NCBI GenBank assembly: GCA_964565615.1
Contig: CAZMFO010000003.1
Span: 2,197-66,196, forward strand
From: an uncultured Candidatus Saccharibacteria bacterium
Lineage (GTDB): Bacteria > Patescibacteriota > Saccharimonadia > Saccharimonadales > JAGQNJ01
Length of the DNA: 64,000 bases
Direction: 5' to 3'
Of this stretch, positions 30,302 through 39,041 are shown one piece after another. The position numbers were made by a program, and so were the translations under genes. Numbering within the stretch: the first letter of the stretch is position 1; every line of letters starts with the position of its first letter. The notes below the pieces were generated by a model, which worked only from the letters and a program-made list of their open reading frames with translations, was not told the origin of the DNA and made no database searches.

Positions 30302-30760
30302 ATGAAGAAAACACCAAACAGATCATCAAAAGTCGTCAATCGACGAGCAAAATATGACTATGAGCTCGGAGATAGTTTAATTGCCGGCATAATGCTATCT
30401 GGCAAAGAAACAAAATCTCTGCGACAAGGTTATGCCCATCTTAGGGGGGCCTTTGTAACCTCAAAAAACGGCGAACTATTCTTGACTAACGCCACCATCT
30501 CTAGTGGAAAGACTTTCTTTATTCCAGACACCGAACAAACTCAAGCACGAAAATTGTTAGTTAGCAAAAAACAACTAACCTTGCTCCTTGAAGCAAAACA
30601 GCAAGGCAAAAGTATTGTTCCGCTAGAATTCTTAACCTCAGGTAGATACATTAAGCTCAAAATTGCAATTGGCAAAGGCAAAAAGCGTTTTGATAAACGC
30701 CAGACTATCAAGCAAAGAGATCAAATGCGCGACGCTAACAGAAATTTATTCTCGTCGTAA
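30302..30760 (+). CDS. smpB: SsrA-binding protein
   Basis: VVNRRAKYDYELGDSLIAGIMLSGKETKSLR and a basic C-terminal tail. The ATG at 30302 is preferred over the tracked alternative start at 30275. Confidence 0.9.
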   Translation: MKKTPNRSSKVVNRRAKYDYELGDSLIAGIMLSGKETKSLRQGYAHLRGAFVTSKNGELFLTNATISSGKTFFIPDTEQTQARKLLVSKKQLTLLLEAKQQGKSIVPLEFLTSGRYIKLKIAIGKGKKRFDKRQTIKQRDQMRDANRNLFSS

Positions 30761-31972
30761 AGCATCAATCGGATTAATCCTTTGGGCTCGTCGTGCTGGA
30801 AGCAAGACCACCAAAAGCCCGATTACTACCATAAACATAATCATCGCCCCAATAAGCCAAAGCGGTGTTGAAAATAGATCAAATCGCTCGGTTACTCCTC
30901 GGCGACTAGAAAGGTTATTCATAAAAACATTGACTCCAACACCGGACAAAATTGCTAACAGTACACCAACCGCAGAGCCAATCAACGACAACAGAACTGA
31001 TTCAATAATAAATAAGATCCTCATATCTTTGCGTCTAGCACCAAGTGCCATCATAAGTCCAATCTCTTTTGTTCTCTCTAGCAAAGATATGGTCAAGGTG
31101 TTAAACATACCCAATACTGCCACAATCATACCAATCGCTCCAAAACCAACTAATACAACATTAAAATACTTAAACATCAAATTTATCTGATCAATGGTGT
31201 CTGCCGGAGAAACCGTTTCGAATCCCATACTTTCTATTTGTCTTCTGATATCTTCAACGCTTGCACCCTCTTGAGCTAACAACTTAACTTGAGAATACTG
31301 AACAGCCCCAGCCTGATCAAGCAACTTGGCTGGTAAGAAAATCTCACTCCCCGATCCAGAATTAATGATGCCGACAATCTTAAGGCTTTGTTTTAGCTCG
31401 CCTTCTTTGCCGTCGCGAGTTTCTGATATTGGTATCTTGACATCAATTTTTTGATCAAGTATTTTAGATTGATCAGTGACACCGATGGCCGAAAGTAACG
31501 AAGTGTTGACGAAAATCCCGTCAAGCTCGTCTTGATTAAGTAACCTACCTTTGGCTGTCTGGAAGTCAGATAACTGCTGATAATCCATATTGATACCGTA
31601 AGCTACAGCGTCAACCTCACTCTTATTAAATGTAATACTACTAGCGTAGGAATAAGAGGCCCCAACTTTGTCAATCTTTGGCAAATTACGAATTTTATTA
31701 ACATTAGCTGTATCAAGCTTAATTATCTTAGAATTTGGCGAAGAGACATCCACAGACCTAATTGAAGTATTGCCGACCACTTCTTTGGTTACCAAATTTT
31801 GTAAGCCCAGTCCTAAAGATAGTAAGAAAAATATTGCGCCAATACCGATGATTACACCCAAGACTGTTAAAAATGTTCGGAGTTTCTTTGTTGACAAGTT
31901 TCTCCAAGACATAAACACTAGTACATGAAAGGGGATCGAAGAGAACTCATTTCTTTGCTTATTTATTCGCAT
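30746..31972 (-). CDS. MacB/FtsX-type ABC transporter permease
   Basis: 408 aa with TM1, a large extracytoplasmic domain and a C-terminal FtsX 3-TM bundle (LERTKEIGLMMALGARRKDM, INPIDALRRE). Confidence 0.85.
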   Translation of the reverse strand: MRINKQRNEFSSIPFHVLVFMSWRNLSTKKLRTFLTVLGVIIGIGAIFFLLSLGLGLQNLVTKEVVGNTSIRSVDVSSPNSKIIKLDTANVNKIRNLPKIDKVGASYSYASSITFNKSEVDAVAYGINMDYQQLSDFQTAKGRLLNQDELDGIFVNTSLLSAIGVTDQSKILDQKIDVKIPISETRDGKEGELKQSLKIVGIINSGSGSEIFLPAKLLDQAGAVQYSQVKLLAQEGASVEDIRRQIESMGFETVSPADTIDQINLMFKYFNVVLVGFGAIGMIVAVLGMFNTLTISLLERTKEIGLMMALGARRKDMRILFIIESVLLSLIGSAVGVLLAILSGVGVNVFMNNLSSRRGVTERFDLFSTPLWLIGAMIMFMVVIGLLVVLLPARRAQRINPIDALRRE

Positions 31973-32753
31973 GAACTTTCTCCTCCGAAAGATGTTTTAT
32001 GCGTTCTTTGGTATCGCTCATCAGTGCATCCATCGTCTTTTGAGTATCACCACTTGATATATCTTCGACCACTCCATCTTGAATCTTCAGTAAATGATCA
32101 GCTAACGAAATATACTCTAAATTATGCGTCACCAATATAATAGTACGCCTAAACTCAATCTGGCAATTTAAAAGTAAATTCATTATTGTATCCCCATTTT
32201 CTGTGTCTAAGTTCCCTGTAGGTTCATCGGCAATAATGAACAGTGGATCATTTGCTAATGCCCTAGCCATACCAATTCTTTGTTGCTCACCACCAGACAA
32301 GAATAAGGGTGACTTCTTGGCATAGCTCGCCATATTGACACGCTCAAGCGCAATCATCGCTAATCTTGAGGCTTTTGACCTATTGTATCCCAAAAAATAT
32401 AAAGGTACTGATATGTTTTCAACGACATTTAAACTTTTTATCCAATGATTTGTTTGGTGCATGAACCCAACCCTATTGGCCCTAAAATGCGCTAGCTCGT
32501 CAGGTCTAAGTGCATAAATGTCTCTGCCTTCGATAACAACATTTCCAGTACTCGGTGCTTGTAGCCCCGCCAGGACATTAAGCAAAGTTGACTTTCCGCT
32601 ACCAGATGGACCAAAAATTATCGTAAAACTATTGGCTTTTATGGAGAAATTAACAGTTTTAAGCGCTGGTATAGTCTCGTCTCCAATCTTAAAAGACTGT
32701 TGGATGTTCTCTACATTTATTACGGCTGGTTGATCATTTTCTATCCCACCCAT
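31959..32753 (-). CDS. ABC transporter ATP-binding protein (MacB/LolD-like)
   Basis: Walker A GPSGSGKST, signature LSGGEQQR, Walker B LFIIADEPTGNLD. Confidence 0.92.
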   Translation of the reverse strand: MGGIENDQPAVINVENIQQSFKIGDETIPALKTVNFSIKANSFTIIFGPSGSGKSTLLNVLAGLQAPSTGNVVIEGRDIYALRPDELAHFRANRVGFMHQTNHWIKSLNVVENISVPLYFLGYNRSKASRLAMIALERVNMASYAKKSPLFLSGGEQQRIGMARALANDPLFIIADEPTGNLDTENGDTIMNLLLNCQIEFRRTIILVTHNLEYISLADHLLKIQDGVVEDISSGDTQKTMDALMSDTKERIKHLSEEKVHANK

Positions 32754-35700
32754 TAAAATCCAAACACCTTTCTTAGCGTATTAAGCACAATTGTCATGAC
32801 GCTATCTGATGCACGCCCAATAATGGCAGACTTTGATTCACCATGACCCATATTATCACTACTGTCCTTCGAAATAGGTTGAATACTATAGATCCTAGAT
32901 GTAGGCAAGTCTGAAACAATCACAATATGCTCAGATGACATAGCTGTGTCCTCTGATGTTTTATTATTAAAAGTCTTGGTTTCTGACCCCTCAGTATATG
33001 CTACTTGACTGGTAGCTGGCTCATCAGTCTTCCATGACACGACTATTTGTCCGCGGGCTTCTGCGCCAGCGCCCTTAATAGATGTTTCGATAGATATATC
33101 ACTAATTTTTGGAGGCCTTGTATCTAACGCAGTCTTAAAGTTTACCCTATCAGACTCTGCTAGATTTCCATCACCATCACGGCTCTGTGCAGACAGCGAA
33201 TAATTACTGTTGTCTTGCAAACCTTTAATAACTATTTCGTGATCTGTCTTCATTTGGTTGTCAGATATGTTGCTTGTACTGCCATTCTCAATTCCATAAA
33301 TTACTGCTGAAGTTGTGGGCACATTTGTTTTCCAGCTTACTTTTTGAGTACTTGTTGGCTGGTCCGGCATTGGCTGGAAGCGTAAATCAGAAATTCTTGG
33401 TCTAGGCGGGGTAGTGAAAGAGTAAATATCACCAGGATATTGACCACCTTCGGAATCTAATAAAATAATTCTGTAATAATACTTAACACCGTCCTCCAGA
33501 TCGGGCAACTCTACTGTATATACTGACTCTTCTGTTGAGGTATTTAATTCAACTCTACCGCCAAAGGACTCTGATTTACCATAATCAATACTTGCTTTTG
33601 TTGCATCCTTAGAAGTAAATTGAACACTCGCGCTATTTAATCGTACTTTCGTTGTCTTTACGTCTTTAGCCACTGGTGCCGGTTTAGTCGTAAAGCTCAT
33701 TTCTTGGTAGACTCCAGTATTACCGTCTTCATCAGTCCAACGGGCTACAAAGTAGTATGTAGTACCGGCATCCAGGTTATCCATGTCTAGAATATGGCTA
33801 GTAACCTGGGACGAATTACTGATTTCACTAGCAAAATATTGTCCACGAGACTTGCCGATCGCCACCTTAGAGTCACTTTCACGATTCGTAGACCATTGAA
33901 TACGTGCTTTTTTAGTTGTAACATTCAAAATCTCAGGCTTCGCTACAACATCTGCCGGTTCCGTAAACTTACCGGTCGGATACATATTGACTATGGTACT
34001 GTAAGCCCCACAATTATTAGCACTATCGCAAGCACGTATCTTGTAATAGTATCGCATCTGAGGAATTCCACCATCTACAAAGCTTAACCCTGCAGTTGTA
34101 GCAATTTGGCCGAAATTCTGGTTATCTATTGATCGATAAATCTTATAGTTTGACACACCGGAGCCCGTGCTCTCTGGTGGCGCCCAAGACAAAGCTATCT
34201 TCCAGTTTGATGTTGATTTTGTTGAAATATCAGCAATCTCTATATTCGTCGGCATCCCTGGCGCAGCAGTATTCGCCGTAAAGGTTGCGCTAGCATATGT
34301 AGCATAGTTTATGTTACCCGCTTCGTCCTTGGCTACTACATAAAAAGTATTTTCACCGGGCTGTGTCGCGTATGGTCCAGACGGAATAGTTGTCACTCCT
34401 GCATTAGTAAAATTACATGTATTTACGGTAGGCAGAGTATTAACTGTGTAGCAATATTCCAAAGCCGAGCTTGGCCCAACAAAAGTATCAGGCTGATTCC
34501 AACTAAAAGCGAAAGAGTTTGTAGTATTTGTGGCTGGAGTAACGGTAGCATTTCGAGGCGAAGAAGGCGCAGATGTATTGATTTTGATTACTGCAGTAGC
34601 ATAAGAGGTCGAGAAGTTGCCTGCCTGATCAACGGTTCTAAAGTAGACAATATTATTACCTTCAATTAAATTTGGATAATCATAGGTTGCATCTGTACGA
34701 TAACTACCATTATTTGGCAAAATATCGCTTACGTCCTGGTTGCCATTATGACTAGCCCCAAACCATGTACCGTCACCAATCTTATATTGCAAACCAAGAA
34801 CACCTGAATGGCTGTCACTCACTGAACCATTACCACTAGTATTCCAAGTCAAACTGACATCGCGCGATGGTAAAAATTGTGATGGGGCAGACACAAAACC
34901 AAGGGTAGCAGGGGCAGTATTATCAAAACGAAAGGTAAACTGTTCAGATGACCCAGTGAAGACATTATCCGAATTATCTATTGCCTTGATATTTAAATAA
35001 TATGGATTAGTTGATGATACTAAACCACTACCAACCAAGCTCGCTACCGACATATCAAGATACGTAGAATCAACTGTAAAGGCGCATTTGTTATCGGTTT
35101 GGATCGGACTGGTTCCGAGAACTCCTTTGTCAGTTTCAGGATCTGCATTTTGATCTTGTCCTAGGTATAAACAATACCCTTTAATGCCAGTAGCACCTGG
35201 ATTGCTATCGTCTGAACCAGCACCCCACGAAAAGTATGGTGTGGTGGTATTTACCCAATCATTACTGGCGATTACCTGGCCACCCTGGGATTTACGCATC
35301 TCAATATCACGCGCATTGTCTGTTGGTGGATTGACGTCTGGGTTAATCGTGACTGTAATACCGTTTACCGCTATAGCCTGAGAGCCATTGCTCGCCAAAT
35401 ATGCTCGCCATTTGAACTGCCGTGTACCGATCGGCAACGAACCAATGTGATCATTCACCTCCTGAGCGGTATTTCGATCACTTGACCCGGCAGACACCCA
35501 TGCAGACCCATTCCAGAATAGCCACGTTGTACCATTGTCGGTCGATATTTGATAATAAATTTCCCCACCATTCTTGGTAGCATCTTCTTCGAAGGTTTTC
35601 CAGCTGGCAACCGCCGGTGGATTAAATGCTTGATTGGATTCAATAGTTGGTAAGTCCGTAGCGTAACGTTTGCCGATGAAGCTCGCTCCACCGTTTGTGG

Positions 35701-38700
35701 TTCCAGCAATCATGCTATTTGAGTCTTTAATCTTCATGGAGTTAAATTCTTGACTAGCCAAGTCTGGTTTTGTGCCTTTATCTATAATCTCACCTACGGA
35801 CGGTGTGTTGATGTTGATACCGTCCAACCGCACTATCCTACCGTCATCAGGGGTGCCCATATTAGAAACTTGATAATATGATCCCGAAGAAGTGCCGACA
35901 CCGCCATGACGAATTTGAGTTGGTACTAACTCAGGAGCGCTTGTATTGTAAAGCTGTAACTCCGACACAGCTAGCTGTTGCGTATTGGTAGGCATATAAG
36001 GATAGCGAATTCTAATATAGCGAGTCGTGGTGAGCGAGAAGGCGACATCGTGATTGGCCCTATAATAACCATCGGCCACAAATGAAGGATAGGAGTAATT
36101 GCTAACAGATGACAGCTGGCTAACTGTGCCCGTAGAAAAATGGGATTGATAACTCTTCATCTCCTTCACGCCAAATGCCACAGAGTTATTTACCATAGAA
36201 GAAACTTTGATGCGATATGCTTTAGCCGTCGTAGTATTAAACGTTGTAAGCCTATTGAGTTGAGTATTATTCGTAACATTTTCAAGTTGTGCTACATTTC
36301 CAGTCTCGAACATACTTGAGTAGGCTGCAAAGTTATTGACTCTCGGCGCTGCATTGGGATTATAGGTCTCCGTAACCATTATTCTGATATAACGAGCAGT
36401 TATATCGTTATCAAAAACAATACGACTACCAGCGACCATAGCATTTGTAATAGTTTTAGCGGTCGTCCAGTTCGTATTGTCGCTACTATAGTCAATAGTA
36501 TAGTTTTTTGGAGCTCTAGCTAGTTCTCCACAATACCACTCAACACCCCTCATTACGACGCTACTTCCGTAATCGATAGCTAAGTATTGAGGCACACTCA
36601 CGCTCGGTGCAGTATAGGCAACCCAACCCGTTCCCATTGTGCTATCGATAGACTTATCAGCATTGTAAGACGAGTTATTGTTGTAATACGATGAGGCAGT
36701 TGCGCTTACCGGCGTAAGCTTGTTTGTTGTTATATCGCTCTTTTCTATTACATAATCTTTGGGGATTCTAGACGGATCATAAAAATGGAAATCTATAGCG
36801 CTAAGTTCCGTAGGTGAAGCAAAAGCTTGCTCTAGAATTTGAGGACCAGCATTTTGAGCGAATATAGGGTAAGATAAGAATCCCGTGGTATTGTCATTAT
36901 CTGTCGCACGACCGGGACCATAAGTGGCTTCATTATTGTTAGTGCCTTGATTGGTTGACATCGTTGATGAAGGCGAAAGATTATTGCTTGTGCCCTTAGT
37001 GCTCGTTTCTACGACATAATTTTTTGGTGCGTAAGTCGCCGAAGATGCAAAGTTTTGTCGTAAGAAATTGAATGATTTATTCGAACCCAAATCAATTTCT
37101 AGCCATTCGCTGTTCTCGCCTCCTGACCCCAGGTAATTATAGCCACTAGAATGGAATAGACTATCTATGTTACCATCTATGGCATTTGTGACAGCTTGTT
37201 GCACTGGGTCAAAACGCGCTTTGATGGTTGAACCCGAGATCAGGTTAGATCCCCTAGTCGAATTGGTGAATGCGTTGATCGTACTATTGGTCGGGGTTGT
37301 GCGATTCTCTTGAATAATTACCAAGCCCTCATCGGTGCCTACATAAATAGTATTATCGCCAACATTTACTGTAGAGGTATTCTCGGACACATCTATAGTA
37401 TTAAAGGTTCGTGGAAACGCCATGCTTGGTCCATGTTGTGTAGAGCTAAACGGTTGTCCAAAGTCTATTGAGGCTGTGTATAGTGACCAATCCGTCGTTT
37501 GGTTTACGGCATTGTCTTTTACGAAGACTGAATTTGGTGCAGTCCAAGATACACTGCTATTTCCTCTGTATATTGCATACAGAGCACCGTCAGATGTTAG
37601 CTTTGAGTCGACAATAACATAGTTATTTCCCGCTGGTAATAGGTTGGTTTTAACAATGCTGACGGCGCCCTGTTCGTCTTTAATAATCTGTGCTGTCTTG
37701 TATGTTGTTGCGACTAAGTACACTTTTCCTGAGATGTATTTAGAATCAATGCTCCTAATTGCTTGGTCAGCCAGCGCCGGAGATGTAGAAGTAGAATACC
37801 TCACGGTTCCAAGGGCTGTGTTGTTGGTCATGGCGCTGACTTGCCATCTATATATTCCGCCGTTTTTGCCAGCATATAAATAACCGTTTTCGACAGTAAT
37901 GGTCGGGAACCCGCCTCCAGCCGTTACGTAGGCGGTGCGTTGCCAAGTGTCTTGGCGAATTACATCGATCCCAAGGTCCGTCGATACAAAATAGTAGGTG
38001 TTGTCGGCAGCTACATCCAAAACATTGTTCGATTGCAACTGCCCATCTGCCACACTAAAGTTCTTTACCGCATCTCGCAGCGATAAACGTAGTTTATTGT
38101 CATTTGGTTCAACTTTAGAATTATCATAGCTATAGTTACTAGGTGTCGTAAAGTTCCATGTAAAAGAGGTTTCTATAGCATACGAACGTGCACTGATCCC
38201 AAGCATTATCAAACATGCCACTATCATTGATCCGACAATTGATTTATTGCGATAGCCGGAATTATTCCACTTACCATACCATGAAAACCGAGTCATAAAA
38301 TATCGGTGTAATTTATAAATAACTTTTTTTGTATATATTAAAACAGCTCCAATAAAACGCCCACAATAAGAGTTGTTAAGTTTCGATATTATTGATGCTA
38401 GAGATTTATACATACCTGAATTCTTAAGAATATTTACTACTCTTTTCAAATACATGTGAACATTGCCAAAAATAATACTCCAATATTTTGACAACAGAAC
38501 AAAAGTCTTAGATTTTCGTATCCTTGATAACAATAAAACACAAAATCTTCTTAATCTATCTAAAAGTTTATGAACAATCTTTGCTATTCGTACAACAAAA
38601 AAACTAAGAAATTTAAGAAAAATTAATGCCGTATTAACAAAAATTCTCAAGCCTTTAACTATCTTGACTAAAACAAGTCTAGCTCTGTTCTTAATTTTTA

Positions 38701-38764
38701 TGCTATATTGATTAATAAACAAATTACACCTCGCGAATAATAAGTCGTGACTTAACTGAATCAT
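32753..38764 (-). CDS. giant surface protein: N-terminal basic extension + signal anchor, propeller-like region, multiple F5/8-type-C (discoidin) domains, multiple fibronectin-III/PAP-N-like domains
   Basis: 2003-aa uninterrupted ORF. Discoidin-like segments (NAIDGNIDS...EWLEIDLG; DKSIDSTMGTGW...YLAIDYG). FN3 (YKIYRSIDNQNF...YYYKIRACD). Four repeats of the type ARIQWSTNRESDSKV...TTYYF. An alternative Met at 38296 lies just before the signal anchor. Confidence 0.85.
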   Translation of the reverse strand: MIQLSHDLLFARCNLFINQYSIKIKNRARLVLVKIVKGLRIFVNTALIFLKFLSFFVVRIAKIVHKLLDRLRRFCVLLLSRIRKSKTFVLLSKYWSIIFGNVHMYLKRVVNILKNSGMYKSLASIISKLNNSYCGRFIGAVLIYTKKVIYKLHRYFMTRFSWYGKWNNSGYRNKSIVGSMIVACLIMLGISARSYAIETSFTWNFTTPSNYSYDNSKVEPNDNKLRLSLRDAVKNFSVADGQLQSNNVLDVAADNTYYFVSTDLGIDVIRQDTWQRTAYVTAGGGFPTITVENGYLYAGKNGGIYRWQVSAMTNNTALGTVRYSTSTSPALADQAIRSIDSKYISGKVYLVATTYKTAQIIKDEQGAVSIVKTNLLPAGNNYVIVDSKLTSDGALYAIYRGNSSVSWTAPNSVFVKDNAVNQTTDWSLYTASIDFGQPFSSTQHGPSMAFPRTFNTIDVSENTSTVNVGDNTIYVGTDEGLVIIQENRTTPTNSTINAFTNSTRGSNLISGSTIKARFDPVQQAVTNAIDGNIDSLFHSSGYNYLGSGGENSEWLEIDLGSNKSFNFLRQNFASSATYAPKNYVVETSTKGTSNNLSPSSTMSTNQGTNNNEATYGPGRATDNDNTTGFLSYPIFAQNAGPQILEQAFASPTELSAIDFHFYDPSRIPKDYVIEKSDITTNKLTPVSATASSYYNNNSSYNADKSIDSTMGTGWVAYTAPSVSVPQYLAIDYGSSVVMRGVEWYCGELARAPKNYTIDYSSDNTNWTTAKTITNAMVAGSRIVFDNDITARYIRIMVTETYNPNAAPRVNNFAAYSSMFETGNVAQLENVTNNTQLNRLTTFNTTTAKAYRIKVSSMVNNSVAFGVKEMKSYQSHFSTGTVSQLSSVSNYSYPSFVADGYYRANHDVAFSLTTTRYIRIRYPYMPTNTQQLAVSELQLYNTSAPELVPTQIRHGGVGTSSGSYYQVSNMGTPDDGRIVRLDGININTPSVGEIIDKGTKPDLASQEFNSMKIKDSNSMIAGTTNGGASFIGKRYATDLPTIESNQAFNPPAVASWKTFEEDATKNGGEIYYQISTDNGTTWLFWNGSAWVSAGSSDRNTAQEVNDHIGSLPIGTRQFKWRAYLASNGSQAIAVNGITVTINPDVNPPTDNARDIEMRKSQGGQVIASNDWVNTTTPYFSWGAGSDDSNPGATGIKGYCLYLGQDQNADPETDKGVLGTSPIQTDNKCAFTVDSTYLDMSVASLVGSGLVSSTNPYYLNIKAIDNSDNVFTGSSEQFTFRFDNTAPATLGFVSAPSQFLPSRDVSLTWNTSGNGSVSDSHSGVLGLQYKIGDGTWFGASHNGNQDVSDILPNNGSYRTDATYDYPNLIEGNNIVYFRTVDQAGNFSTSYATAVIKINTSAPSSPRNATVTPATNTTNSFAFSWNQPDTFVGPSSALEYCYTVNTLPTVNTCNFTNAGVTTIPSGPYATQPGENTFYVVAKDEAGNINYATYASATFTANTAAPGMPTNIEIADISTKSTSNWKIALSWAPPESTGSGVSNYKIYRSIDNQNFGQIATTAGLSFVDGGIPQMRYYYKIRACDSANNCGAYSTIVNMYPTGKFTEPADVVAKPEILNVTTKKARIQWSTNRESDSKVAIGKSRGQYFASEISNSSQVTSHILDMDNLDAGTTYYFVARWTDEDGNTGVYQEMSFTTKPAPVAKDVKTTKVRLNSASVQFTSKDATKASIDYGKSESFGGRVELNTSTEESVYTVELPDLEDGVKYYYRIILLDSEGGQYPGDIYSFTTPPRPRISDLRFQPMPDQPTSTQKVSWKTNVPTTSAVIYGIENGSTSNISDNQMKTDHEIVIKGLQDNSNYSLSAQSRDGDGNLAESDRVNFKTALDTRPPKISDISIETSIKGAGAEARGQIVVSWKTDEPATSQVAYTEGSETKTFNNKTSEDTAMSSEHIVIVSDLPTSRIYSIQPISKDSSDNMGHGESKSAIIGRASDSVMTIVLNTLRKVFGF

Positions 38765-38889
38765 TCAATCAAATCAAGCTTATGTTTATTTTAACAAACT
38801 CTACTTTACTCAGCAATAGTGATCAATGTATCAGAACATAATTTTTGTGTCATATCATTGCGACGTTTTTGCACAAATGTCATCTATTA

Positions 38890-38918
38890 TTGCGAAAGCA
38901 AGGCGTTTTGTTTATAAT
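38890..38918 (+). promoter_or_regulatory. sigma70-type promoter candidate for tRNA-Asn
   Basis: TTGCGA (38890-38895), 17-nt spacer, TATAAT (38913-38918), about 48 nt upstream of the tRNA. Confidence 0.4.
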
Positions 38919-38966
38919 ACTCTCTCGTACTACCTTAGTTATACTTTGGTAGAAGTTAATTAATAA

Positions 38967-39041
38967 TCCGGGGTAGCTCAGCGGTAGAGCGGGTGGCTGT
39001 TAACCACTAGGTCGTAGGTTCGAATCCTATCCCCGGAGCCA
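38967..39041 (+). tRNA. tRNA-Asn (anticodon GTT), CCA encoded
   Basis: Hand-folded cloverleaf: acceptor TCCGGGG/CCCCGGA, D arm GCTC-AGCGGTA-GAGC, anticodon arm GGTGG-CTGTTAA-CCACT, T arm GTAGG-TTCGAAT-CCTAT, discriminator G, CCA. Confidence 0.92.
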
